Shown here: positions 34,540 to 42,493 of the stretch, piece after piece
How the letters are laid out: the number at the start of each line of letters is the position of its first letter
How positions within the stretch are numbered: the stretch's first letter is position 1
Source of the DNA: a virus
Lineage: Duplodnaviria > Caudoviricetes
Virus record (IMG/VR): IMGVR_UViG_3300017747_003050
Location: 1 to 44,526 of that record
DNA length: 44,526 nt
Direction: 5' to 3' (one strand)
Made by a program: the position numbers and the translations under genes
The notes under the pieces: model-generated
Told to the model about the DNA's origin: nothing
What the model saw: only the letters and a program-made list of their open reading frames with translations
Databases searched by the model: none

Positions 34540-35813
34540 ACGACCATCTGACCGTAGGCGAATGGTTCTATCGCGAGATAGACGAGTTCGAAAACGCGCC
34601 TGCGGACTGTCGCCAGACAGCGGACGGTTGCGCTCTGGAAGCCTATCTCTGCCCGAGCAATCAGTGGACCATCGGTGATGGCTGCTGCTTCTGGGAGGAT
34701 GGGCGCCCGGTCCAGCAAGGCGAGACGCTGCCCGATGACGAACACCTGCCTGAGCGCCGGCGCAAGCTGCTGGGCTTCAATGCCAAGTATTGCGAGGAGT
34801 ATGTCCGCAGGCACGTCACGGTCCCGCTGACGCAGAACCAGTTTGATGTGCTGTGCAGTTTCCGGTTCAACACCCGTGAGACAACGCTCAGTGGATCGTC
34901 GCGGCTGCTGCCTGCGATCAACGCTCAGAAGTGGCAGGATGCCGCTGTCGCAATGACCGAGTTCGTCTATGGCTCTGGTTCAAAGCGCGGCCCGGTCAAG
35001 CTTCCGCCGAAGGGCTGGGACGTTGAAAAGAGCGGCGGGCAGTGGTGGGCAATCCCGCCTGATCACCTGACTGGCGCTGAGCGCATTGAGCTTGGCGCGG
35101 AGGAGAAGTGGTATCCCTACCAGGATGCACACAGGGGCCTGCTGAGACGGCGTCTCTGGGGCGGGCTCGTGTTCCTCGATTACGACCCCCGCGACGTGAC
35201 GAAAGACAACGACGTTGCCTTGCCGACAAAGGCCAAGTTGCTTTCCACGGGCGTCTGGCGCGATTCCATCAGCACGGAAGGGCTCACGACGCTGGCGCAT
35301 GTTCGGATGCGCGCCAAGCCCTTGCCCACTGAGCTTGTCCTCTCAACCCCCATCAAAGCTGAGCCCCCGACCTCTGTGATTGAGGCGGCAGGCAAGGCGG
35401 GCCAGCCGGTGCCGCTGCCCGGCCCAGCACCGGCTGCGCCTGCCTCCAAGACTTCCGCGAGTGGTTCCTCGGAAGCTACGCCGGTCGCGCTACCTGTCCC
35501 GGCTCCCCAGCCGACACCAGCGCGACCGGCGCCTGCTTCTGTGCCGGCGAAGGTGGAGGCTAAGCCTGTCGCGCTGCCTCTCCCGAAGGATGCCGCACCC
35601 GCCAGCATCGAGCCAAAGGACATGGTGATGTCCAAACGCTTCTGGGGCCTGACGGTTACGGCGCTTGGCACAACGAACCTGCTGCCTCAGGCCGCGCAAA
35701 CGTGGGTCACGAACGAGGGCAACCGCGAGCTGATCACATGGCTGATCGTCGTGGCGATCGGGTTCGCGCTCTACAAGTACGGGCAGCACAAAGCGAAGAA
35801 GCCGCTGAAATGA
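34536..35813 (+). CDS. Endolysin (GH24/T4-lysozyme-like) with Pro/Ala linker and C-terminal two-TM domain
   Basis: GCALEAYLCPSNQWTIGDG, VPLTQNQFDVLCSFRFN, RGLLRRR; C-terminal SKRFWGLTVTALG...LITWLIVVAIGFALY. Confidence 0.85.
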   Translation: MNDHLTVGEWFYREIDEFENAPADCRQTADGCALEAYLCPSNQWTIGDGCCFWEDGRPVQQGETLPDDEHLPERRRKLLGFNAKYCEEYVRRHVTVPLTQNQFDVLCSFRFNTRETTLSGSSRLLPAINAQKWQDAAVAMTEFVYGSGSKRGPVKLPPKGWDVEKSGGQWWAIPPDHLTGAERIELGAEEKWYPYQDAHRGLLRRRLWGGLVFLDYDPRDVTKDNDVALPTKAKLLSTGVWRDSISTEGLTTLAHVRMRAKPLPTELVLSTPIKAEPPTSVIEAAGKAGQPVPLPGPAPAAPASKTSASGSSEATPVALPVPAPQPTPARPAPASVPAKVEAKPVALPLPKDAAPASIEPKDMVMSKRFWGLTVTALGTTNLLPQAAQTWVTNEGNRELITWLIVVAIGFALYKYGQHKAKKPLK

Positions 35814-36118
35814 ACATCGCAGCGATCGGGACTGGCATCTGGGGCTTTCTCAAGCGCATCCCGGATTGGGTGCTGTGGGCTCTCGCGGCCATCATCTTCC
35901 TGAAGTTCGTGGACATGCGGGCAGAGCATCGCGGGCGCAAGGAAGAGGGCGCCAAGCGCGACAAGGAAGCCGCCGAAGTCGAGCGTGAAGTTGTCACCAA
36001 CATTCAGGAGAATACCGATGCAGTCATTGCTGAGGCTGACGCTGTGCGCGGCCATACCTCTGCTGGCGTCCTGCCAGACGGAAGCGCGACCCTCGAAAAG
36101 CATCATTATCGCGACTGA
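35810..36118 (+). CDS. Rz-like inner-membrane spanin
   Basis: ATGA overlap with the endolysin; N-terminal TM then coiled coil; overlapped by a lipoprotein ORF. Confidence 0.75.
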   Translation: MNIAAIGTGIWGFLKRIPDWVLWALAAIIFLKFVDMRAEHRGRKEEGAKRDKEAAEVEREVVTNIQENTDAVIAEADAVRGHTSAGVLPDGSATLEKHHYRD

Positions 36119-36293
36119 CCGAGCCGTGTGGAAGGAGGCGCTTTGCTCTACGGGCAAGGCGATCCTGATCTCGCGCGCCGACATCCTGACGCTGGAAACA
36201 GCAGAGCAGATTGGCGACCACAATAACGCGCTCTGGTGCGCTTGTGACCATCTGCGCCCGACAACTTTTGACGCTGGCATCTGCCGCGTCTGA
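36018..36293 (+). CDS. Rz1-like outer-membrane lipoprotein spanin
   Basis: RBS AGGAG; MQSLLRLTLCAAIPLLAS-C lipobox; SRADILTLETAEQI..HN..LW..C pattern; overlaps the 3' end of Rz in another frame. Confidence 0.8.
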   Translation: MQSLLRLTLCAAIPLLASCQTEARPSKSIIIATDRAVWKEALCSTGKAILISRADILTLETAEQIGDHNNALWCACDHLRPTTFDAGICRV

Positions 36294-36342
36294 CCCGCTC
36301 AACCCGCTGCCCATTCTGCGCAGCTTTTAGGAGGACGTGCAT

Positions 36343-36582
36343 ATGGGCTTCAAGATTGTTCGTGAGGACGGCAAGACGGATTGGGGTTCGATCCGAGCCG
36401 TGTTCTACTGCCTGCTCGCAACCTGGATCATCGGCGTTCGCCTCATTGGCCTTGACCCGTTCGATGACATGATCGCCGGCAGGTTCGACCTCGGCGTGAT
36501 GTTCGACTTCCTCGCGCTGGTCGGCGTCTACCTGCTCTGCTGGCACCTGATGTATCCGAACCGCCCCAAGGTCAGCCTCTAG
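36343..36582 (+). CDS. Small two-TM membrane protein
   Basis: RBS AGGAGG; two hydrophobic segments. Confidence 0.7.
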   Translation: MGFKIVREDGKTDWGSIRAVFYCLLATWIIGVRLIGLDPFDDMIAGRFDLGVMFDFLALVGVYLLCWHLMYPNRPKVSL

Positions 36583-36585
36583 TCC

Positions 36586-36828
36586 ATGCGTCCCAGCCCG
36601 GCGATGTTCGCGGTCCTATCCGTGGCTGTCGCCGGGCTCGTGGCGTCTGGTATCTGGCTCACCGGGATGGCTCAGGAATGCCATACGCGGTGGCACAGGT
36701 CAGGCTTCGCTTACGAGTGGCGGGACTGGACCTGTTACGTACAGGCGGGAACTAGGTGGGTTCCGAGTTCAGCGGTGCGCGTTCACGTCAGGGAGCAGGG
36801 TGCGACAGACCGCATGGCGACGCCTTGA
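36586..36828 (+). CDS. Small membrane-anchored protein
   Basis: N-terminal TM; C...W......W....C.V....W.P pattern. Confidence 0.65.
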   Translation: MRPSPAMFAVLSVAVAGLVASGIWLTGMAQECHTRWHRSGFAYEWRDWTCYVQAGTRWVPSSAVRVHVREQGATDRMATP

Positions 36829-36986
36829 ATCTTCGTGGCGCGAGAATTGTCGCCCCTTGCCCGTAGCACTTTGACTTCTCACGCTTTGTCTCTTCCCCTA
36901 GGGACTGCCAGCGGGTTTGCAAGCATCTGTTTTGCTTGAGATTTTCTGATAATTGTCGCACCCGGCAGGATGGGTGAGACAGACCG
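36798..36986. repeat. Integrase arm-type sites flanking the attP core
   Basis: GGGTGCGACAGACCG (36798-36812) and GGGTGAGACAGACCG (36972-36986); inverted copies AATTGTCGCCCC (36845-36856) and AATTGTCGCACCC (36951-36963). Confidence 0.7.
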
Positions 36987-38015
36987 GCCAAAAACAGCCC
37001 CCATTGCATCGTCTGCCAGACCCGCCCGCTGAGCCTTTGCGGTGTAGGTCGCGGCCTGCTGGTGTGTGCTGTGGCCGAGTACCGCCATGATCTGATGTGG
37101 CGTGCAGCCTGCCTCGGCCATTCGTGCCGCCGTGGCCTTCCGAAGCCCGTGGAAGCTGCAATCAGGGTGAACTCCTGCCTCACGGCACCATTCCCTGAAT
37201 TTGTTCTGTAGCCCCTTTCCCGTGGCGAAGGGCTGGCCGTAGGCCGTCTCAAGGTAGGTCAGGCCCTTGCCCTGCCATGCGTCCAGCGCGGCCCTGAGAG
37301 GCGGCGCTATCGGAACGTCGATCGCGACGGGCCGGCGCCCTGCGTTCTTCGCCTGGACAAAGCGCAAGCGTCCATCGCGCTCATGCGGCCGGCCAATCTT
37401 CACGGCGTCCGATATGCGCTGGGCTGTGTATAGCCCGATGGCGTAAGCCGTGCGCGCCTGCGTTCCAAGCGGGTGCTTTTCCTCATAAGCCTTGCAATCT
37501 TCAGCCGTCCACGTCCTGTGGCCTTCCGTGACGTTGGGCTTGCGCCTGATGCCTGCTGTTGGATCTGACGGGACCAGCCCGTCATCGCAGGCCAGCCGGT
37601 ACACGGCGCGCAGCGCGGCGAGGAAATCCTTGCCCTGCGCATAGGTCCGCGTCTTTACCCCCAGCCGGATCGTCATCGGGTCGATCATTGCGGGCAGGTG
37701 GCCTATCTTTTCGTCCAGCGCCTCGAGCAGCCTTTCCCGTGGGCGTTGCGTCAGCTTGCGGTCAAGCGCCTTGAAATCGCGGCTCGTCAGGTAGTGGCGC
37801 ACGATATAGCCAAACGTACCCCGTCGCGGGCCTGTCTGGCGTGGGGCGGGGATGGCCTCCCCATTGCGGGCGGCGAAGTAGGCAAGGGCGAACTCTTCGC
37901 TTCCCGGCTCGCCTTGCAGCCTGATCCGTGGCTTTCCCGGCGCCCTGAAATACCAGCGCACCTTGCCGTGACGGCTCACGTCCCGCGTGATGCCTTTCCA
38001 TTCGATCGATGCCAT
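36879..38015 (-). CDS. int: Tyrosine integrase
   Basis: YTAQRISD (R), FVQAKN (K), FHGLRK (HxxR), LGH, TY catalytic set; N-terminal RHGKVRWYFR...RIRLQGEPGSEEF arm-binding domain; ATG 38015 preferred over GTG 38027. Confidence 0.95.
   Translation of the reverse strand: MASIEWKGITRDVSRHGKVRWYFRAPGKPRIRLQGEPGSEEFALAYFAARNGEAIPAPRQTGPRRGTFGYIVRHYLTSRDFKALDRKLTQRPRERLLEALDEKIGHLPAMIDPMTIRLGVKTRTYAQGKDFLAALRAVYRLACDDGLVPSDPTAGIRRKPNVTEGHRTWTAEDCKAYEEKHPLGTQARTAYAIGLYTAQRISDAVKIGRPHERDGRLRFVQAKNAGRRPVAIDVPIAPPLRAALDAWQGKGLTYLETAYGQPFATGKGLQNKFREWCREAGVHPDCSFHGLRKATAARMAEAGCTPHQIMAVLGHSTHQQAATYTAKAQRAGLADDAMGAVFGRSVSPILPGATIIRKSQAKQMLANPLAVPRGRDKA
36893..36910 (+). other. attP core: 3' end of a tRNA (TTCCCCTAGGGACTGCCA, tRNA-Glu-like)
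   Basis: 3' T-stem strand plus acceptor strand ending in GCCA; next to and inside the integrase 3' end; flanked by repeated arm-like sites. Confidence 0.8.
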
Positions 38016-38023
38016 ATCCGGCC

Positions 38024-38236
38024 TCACAGGCGAACCCCAGCGTAAGGGTTAGCCTCGACCGTTGGCAATTCGTTAAGCGTCTCCTCAAGCTCGGATCGCA
38101 GCCAGAACAGACGGCGCGTCTCAGGATACTGCCGCGCCTTGGGCATATGTCCGCGCTCAACGAGCTTGTCGAAGGTCGTTGGGGACACCCCGACGAACTC
38201 CGCAGCCTGGCGTCGATTGAGCGCGAACGTGCTCAC
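38024..38236 (-). CDS. Excisionase / AlpA-like HTH protein
   Basis: LNRRQAAEFVGVSPTTFDKLVERGHMPK...W; immediately upstream of int. Confidence 0.85.
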   Translation of the reverse strand: MSTFALNRRQAAEFVGVSPTTFDKLVERGHMPKARQYPETRRLFWLRSELEETLNELPTVEANPYAGVRL

Positions 38237-38622
38237 TTCTCCCCGCTCCCCGCTAGTGCTGCGCGGGCGATGTTGCCAGCTCGCAAAAGTTCGCTAGCGT
38301 TGTGCTCGGCATAATCGGTCGGCGCGCAGACGAGACTGTTACCGATCAGGTTCAGCGCGTCTTCGTAGCGCCACATAACTTCCTTCACGCTGTCGAGCGA
38401 TCGGTTGCCCCACTTGACGGCGTAGTCCCGCTCTTTCCGAAGCGCCGCGTTCTCCCGCTCCAGCTCGTCAAGCCGAGCGGCTGCGGCGCGGAGGGTGTCG
38501 GCGTCTTTCACCAGATGCGGGACAGCCTGTTCCAGACCTTCTGTTCGTGCGGCCACGGCTGCCTTGCTGTCAGCATCTCGCTCGTATCGCTTGAGCGTTG
38601 CTACAATCTCACTCGTGCTCAT
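38233..38622 (-). CDS. Hypothetical coiled-coil early protein
   Basis: 129 aa, coupled overlaps; IARAALA C-terminal motif common in phage early genes. Confidence 0.75.
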   Translation of the reverse strand: MSTSEIVATLKRYERDADSKAAVAARTEGLEQAVPHLVKDADTLRAAAARLDELERENAALRKERDYAVKWGNRSLDSVKEVMWRYEDALNLIGNSLVCAPTDYAEHNASELLRAGNIARAALAGSGEK

Positions 38623-39206
38623 GTCGCTATCTCCGCAAAAAGGCCGAACGGTTGCGGCTCTAATTGCAGGCGCTGAGCGATGGCGTGTCCCATAGCTCCC
38701 GTTCCGGGGAACAGGTCCACAACCTCGTCTTCACGTTGCACGCCGAGCAAATCCAGAACCCAGCGGCAGAACGCCTGCGGCTTGCGCCCGAGGAATGTCT
38801 TGCCCGCGCGAATGTCTTCCTTGACCATGCGATAGCGCGGTTCGTTCGTCGGCTCCTGCGCTGTGAAAACGAAGTCGCCAGTGCGGTTGCCGGTGTTATC
38901 GTAATCGCGCCCGCCCATGAGGATCACGGGCTCGAAATGGCGGCGAACAGGGACAGGCTTGCCGGCAAAGCGCGGACGGTCTGTGATCCATGCGCAGACA
39001 CGCGCGCCCTCGGGGCACATGGGCAGGATGACCCGCAAGCTCTGCTCGCTGAGGCTCATCACCCAGCCGTTCGGGTACTCGGCCTGCAGGCGGTCAATCA
39101 GCGCCTTATGGGTCGCGGGGTCGTCCCAGATCATCGCTTCTGGATGGTGCGCGGTGTAGTATTCTCCGCGTCCAAGGTAGGGAGGATCAGCGTAAGCGAA
39201 CTTCAC
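38619..39206 (-). CDS. Orphan amino-DNA methyltransferase (beta-class order)
   Basis: Motif IV YADPPY at the N-terminus, GRKP, motif I VVDLFPGTG at the C-terminus. Confidence 0.85.
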   Translation of the reverse strand: MKFAYADPPYLGRGEYYTAHHPEAMIWDDPATHKALIDRLQAEYPNGWVMSLSEQSLRVILPMCPEGARVCAWITDRPRFAGKPVPVRRHFEPVILMGGRDYDNTGNRTGDFVFTAQEPTNEPRYRMVKEDIRAGKTFLGRKPQAFCRWVLDLLGVQREDEVVDLFPGTGAMGHAIAQRLQLEPQPFGLFAEIAT

Positions 39207-39556
39207 TCCCCACCCCCTCCCGCCAGCGCCTGAAGGGCGCGGGCCAGAGCAATCTGTTGCGGGTTGGCTTCTGGCGCGAAGCCGTGCTCGAACACGGCGT
39301 CATGAAACGCTTGCGCGGCTTCGACACACTCCAGCAGCGCGGGCAGCGAGTTCATCGCGGCGACGATGGCGGCGGCGTTGGCTGCGCTGTATTCGTGTCC
39401 CGTGTGAACGTTGCAAACCGACATCGCGCCCGGCGAGCGCGGGGCAACGATGGGCCAACCAACTATGCTGGACGGCTTAGCAGCAGCTAGCCACGCTCCG
39501 GGCGTCGCCTTGGCTCGCAACTCTCGCAGCCGCGCGATCTTGTCACTTGCACTCAT
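39203..39556 (-). CDS. Ead/Ea22-like early protein
   Basis: Likely start MSASDKI at 39556; LRELRAKATPGAW...NAAAIVAAMNSLPALL motif. Confidence 0.7.
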   Translation of the reverse strand: MSASDKIARLRELRAKATPGAWLAAAKPSSIVGWPIVAPRSPGAMSVCNVHTGHEYSAANAAAIVAAMNSLPALLECVEAAQAFHDAVFEHGFAPEANPQQIALARALQALAGGGGE

Positions 39557-39975
39557 CTCCGCTCCCTCACTTTGCCATCGACGCCACGCACAAGCTTGTC
39601 GCTCTTGCGGAAACCCGCGCTCTGCCATTTCGACGGCGAGCGGCTTTCCGGCATCCGGCCAAAGCCGCGGCTGGGGATTGCCTTCTTCGGGCCGGTCCCT
39701 GTCTCGCCTCTGATGCGCTTGCCCTTTGCAGCCGCAGACAGATCGCGCGCGGTTTTCGCCTTTGAACAATCGCGGTCCCAAAGTGACCTGTTGCTCAGAT
39801 CGTTAGAGCCAAGGAAATCGAGCGCCTGGATATGCTCGTCAATGATCCGGTCGGCTTGCAGCTTCTTCCCGCATCCGCATCCGCAGCGGCCCTCTTGAGC
39901 GAGGATCAGCGTTGCGAACTGCACGCGCGTCAGCGGCTTGCGTTTCTCTGGCTTTAGGAGCGTGTCAGTCGTCAC
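39553..39975 (-). CDS. HNH-endonuclease-like protein (degenerate)
   Basis: QEGRCGCGCG...IDEHIQAL..LGSNDLSN....DCSKAKT; basic tail. Confidence 0.7.
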   Translation of the reverse strand: MTTDTLLKPEKRKPLTRVQFATLILAQEGRCGCGCGKKLQADRIIDEHIQALDFLGSNDLSNRSLWDRDCSKAKTARDLSAAAKGKRIRGETGTGPKKAIPSRGFGRMPESRSPSKWQSAGFRKSDKLVRGVDGKVRERR

Positions 39976-40304
39976 GTCAGCCTCATCTCAGCGCGACGGT
40001 TTGCCTCGGTAGAGCGCTGCTCCCAGCCCCGCATCTCAATGTAATTCAGGTTGATCTTCGCCCGGTTCGCAGCCGTCTTGGCGTTGACCATCTTCTTGAG
40101 ATAGTCGCGCCATTCCTCCGACGCCTTGACGATCCGCTCGCGGTGCGAATCCGGCAGATCCGGGTCCAGATCGTTCTTCCGCTTTTCGAGGAACGCCGTC
40201 TTGCACTCCTCAAGCATCCTGGCCGCTGCGTCCTTGTCGCACCAGTCTTCCGCAGCTTCGCGGTAGATTTCGGAGTGAGGGCGGTTCTCCCCGTCGCGGC
40301 TCAT
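39972..40304 (-). CDS. Hypothetical helical protein in the recombination cluster
   Basis: 110 aa, coupled between the exonuclease and HNH genes. Confidence 0.75.
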   Translation of the reverse strand: MSRDGENRPHSEIYREAAEDWCDKDAAARMLEECKTAFLEKRKNDLDPDLPDSHRERIVKASEEWRDYLKKMVNAKTAANRAKINLNYIEMRGWEQRSTEANRRAEMRLT

Positions 40305-40921
40305 GCTGCCTCCGCTCTCGGCTGAAGCTGAGACACCTTGCGATCCACATCAGCGAGGAACGCCAGCACTTCCCGTTCCAGTTCGGAGATGACGGTTTCG
40401 TCCCTGTGAACCCGCTCCACGAATAGTTGCAGGTGCGGCGGGAATGTTGGGTTGTACGATACGAAGTCGCACCACTTGCGCTCCGTCGCAGCCATCTGCC
40501 ACATCATTTGCGTGACGTACTTGGCCGGCACCTTGCGGCTGAGAAGCGTCTCAAGGTGCGCAGCCTGTTGCGGGCATTTGATCTCGATCATCCCGTCATC
40601 ATCCACGAAGCCGTCAGGGCTTGCGCCGCTCATCGGCACGCGGGGATGGTCAACAAACTCAGCCAGCACGACATCGACGTTGCGCATGAACTCATAGGCG
40701 GATCGCGCCTGCGGTTCGGTGTCGATGCCGTGCTGCATGGCGGCGTTTGTGTAGCCTTCGACAGCCACGCCAGTCAGGCGCTCGCAGATGATCTGCGCTT
40801 CATAGTTGACGCGCGAGGCTGATACGCCGGTCTTTACCTTGGCGATCACGTCCGCAACGCGCGAGGCTGTGACCTTGCCTACGCGCTGCGCTTTCCATTC
40901 TGGCGTGCCTTGCTCAATCAT
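40301..40921 (-). CDS. YqaJ/lambda-exonuclease-family viral recombinase nuclease
   Basis: EQGTPEW..QRVGKVTAS, AMQHG..EP.AR, GASPDG, IEIKCP, QMMWQM, WCDFVSY; likely start MIEQ at 40921. Confidence 0.92.
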   Translation of the reverse strand: MIEQGTPEWKAQRVGKVTASRVADVIAKVKTGVSASRVNYEAQIICERLTGVAVEGYTNAAMQHGIDTEPQARSAYEFMRNVDVVLAEFVDHPRVPMSGASPDGFVDDDGMIEIKCPQQAAHLETLLSRKVPAKYVTQMMWQMAATERKWCDFVSYNPTFPPHLQLFVERVHRDETVISELEREVLAFLADVDRKVSQLQPRAEAA

Positions 40922-41663
40922 TGGTCGGAGCCTTCGCAATGATCCAGGCATCAAGCTTGCCGTTGGCGTCCCTGAGCTGCTTAGGCGTCAGGCCGTGGAT
41001 CGTCTCAGCGCCTACCGCTTTCAGCAGACGGGGCAGGCTGGCCTTGTGCTTGTCCACCTTGGCGACGAAAGCTTGCACGGCATCCTCGTCAGGCTCCGGA
41101 TCGCCGCCGCCAGCCCTGCCGTCATCGTCCGTGATGCCCGTCTGGATGTTCAGCAGCGCGCAGGCCGTGTAGCGGAAGCCGTAGGTGATGGACGAGCCGA
41201 CAGCCTGCACGGCGTTCTTGGAGCCGCTGTTATCGGCGGGAAGCAGAAGCTCGTTCTCTTCCGTGTGGCCTTCGCGGTGCGCCAGAATGGCCGTGATGCG
41301 GATGGCCTTGTCTTCAACCTTCGTGCGGAACGAGAGGGCAAAGCCGTATTGCCCGAGGACCGGAGTGATAGCGGCCTGAATGTCTTCCCATTTGGCGTAC
41401 TTGGTTTGGTTGTGCCCCCGGCCATTCTCGGCAATGGCGGGCATGGCGCCGGCCATCATCGCCAGCGCGCGGAAGTATTCAGTGCGGGCGTTGCGTGATA
41501 GAACCTTCTCTTGCAGCGCAAAGAGCTGATCCATCTTCGCGGCGTCAACGTCGGGGTTCAGTGCTGCCCGCTCGATGATCGCCATGACGGCGGCATTCTC
41601 TGAGACGATGGGCTCAACCTGGCCCCTCGGTTCATGCTTCGTAACGGCGTTCATGGCTTCCAA
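40914..41663 (-). CDS. erf: ERF-family ssDNA-annealing protein
   Basis: KYAKWEDI..AI.P.L...G, LAHREGH, QAVGSSITYGFRY, DDDG signature. Confidence 0.88.
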   Translation of the reverse strand: MEAMNAVTKHEPRGQVEPIVSENAAVMAIIERAALNPDVDAAKMDQLFALQEKVLSRNARTEYFRALAMMAGAMPAIAENGRGHNQTKYAKWEDIQAAITPVLGQYGFALSFRTKVEDKAIRITAILAHREGHTEENELLLPADNSGSKNAVQAVGSSITYGFRYTACALLNIQTGITDDDGRAGGGDPEPDEDAVQAFVAKVDKHKASLPRLLKAVGAETIHGLTPKQLRDANGKLDAWIIAKAPTND

Positions 41664-41836
41664 TCCTTCAGTAAGCTGTCTCGTTTCGCGTTGTCCGCAG
41701 CGATAATCCGGTGGATCTCGCAGACGATTTCCTCGATGCTCGCAGCCACCGCGTCGAGTTCAGCACCGCTTGCGCCTATGCGCTTTGCTGCGATGCGGGC
41801 GGGGGTGGTGGGGAATGAGATGATCTGGGCGGTCAT
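41651..41836 (-). CDS. Small hypothetical early protein
   Basis: 61 aa, RBS GGAG, coupled. Confidence 0.65.
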   Translation of the reverse strand: MTAQIISFPTTPARIAAKRIGASGAELDAVAASIEEIVCEIHRIIAADNAKRDSLLKDWKP

Positions 41837-41997
41837 TTGCGCTCCACTTGTGTCATCATGCGCTTCAGAATTGCGTCCAGATGCCCGGCCTCAACCTCGT
41901 CTTCATGCTCGTTGATCAGGAGCAGCAACGCCTCTCGGAGTGCGCCTGCCTCTTGGCGTGACAGTGTGACTTTGACGGGATCGTTGAAGCGCCACAT
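41833..41997 (-). CDS. Small hypothetical early protein (54 aa, MWRFNDPVKV...)
   Basis: TGATG coupling at 41997 and ATGA at 41833. Confidence 0.6.
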   Translation of the reverse strand: MWRFNDPVKVTLSRQEAGALREALLLLINEHEDEVEAGHLDAILKRMMTQVERK

Positions 41998-42257
41998 CAG
42001 CCCGCGTCCTCCATCCGCATTCGATCCAGCCGCCGCGCGATGAACATTGCGTGCAGGGGCTTGTCGCGGCGCGTGTCGATGGCGAACGTCGGCGCGTGGT
42101 CGCATGTGCAGCGGGACAGCTTGTCCTGTGCGTCTTCCAGCGCCTGCATCTTGCGGGTGAACTCAGCGACGACACCCTCTAGGGTTGTGTACCGGACGCC
42201 TGCTTTCTCTTCGTGCGGCTGGCGGTTGGCGAGAAGCATCTCGACGTGGGCGATCAT
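41997..42257 (-). CDS. Hypothetical early protein
   Basis: 86 aa, RBS GAGG, coupled. Confidence 0.65.
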   Translation of the reverse strand: MIAHVEMLLANRQPHEEKAGVRYTTLEGVVAEFTRKMQALEDAQDKLSRCTCDHAPTFAIDTRRDKPLHAMFIARRLDRMRMEDAG

Positions 42258-42493
42258 GTGATTTCCTCATTGATTTCGCTGAGAAGGCTCATCGCAGCGT
42301 TCGGAACGGGGTCGCCGTAAGCGCCGTCTGAAACGTCGGAGTAGGGCTCCAGAAACTCGGCGCAGTCAGCGAGCAGTGCTTTCAGCTTCGCAATCTGAAG
42401 GCGCTGCTGGCCGACCCTTTTCGCGGCGTCATCGAGCAGGCTGTGAAGCGTCTCGACGCGGTCTTCTGTGAGGTCGTGCTTTGTGAGGTTCAC
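42254..42493 (-). CDS. Hypothetical early protein
   Basis: 79 aa, GTGA/ATGA coupling. Confidence 0.65.
   Translation of the reverse strand: MNLTKHDLTEDRVETLHSLLDDAAKRVGQQRLQIAKLKALLADCAEFLEPYSDVSDGAYGDPVPNAAMSLLSEINEEIT

Noticed and set aside
36893-36910. tRNA gene
   Set aside because: Only the 3' 18 nt are present, with no D-arm, anticodon arm or complete T-loop upstream; treated as the att core
37160-37180. HPD tripeptide as a J-domain partner for the Hsp70
   Set aside because: It lies in the integrase catalytic region (GVHPDCSFHGLRK), not in a J-domain helical context
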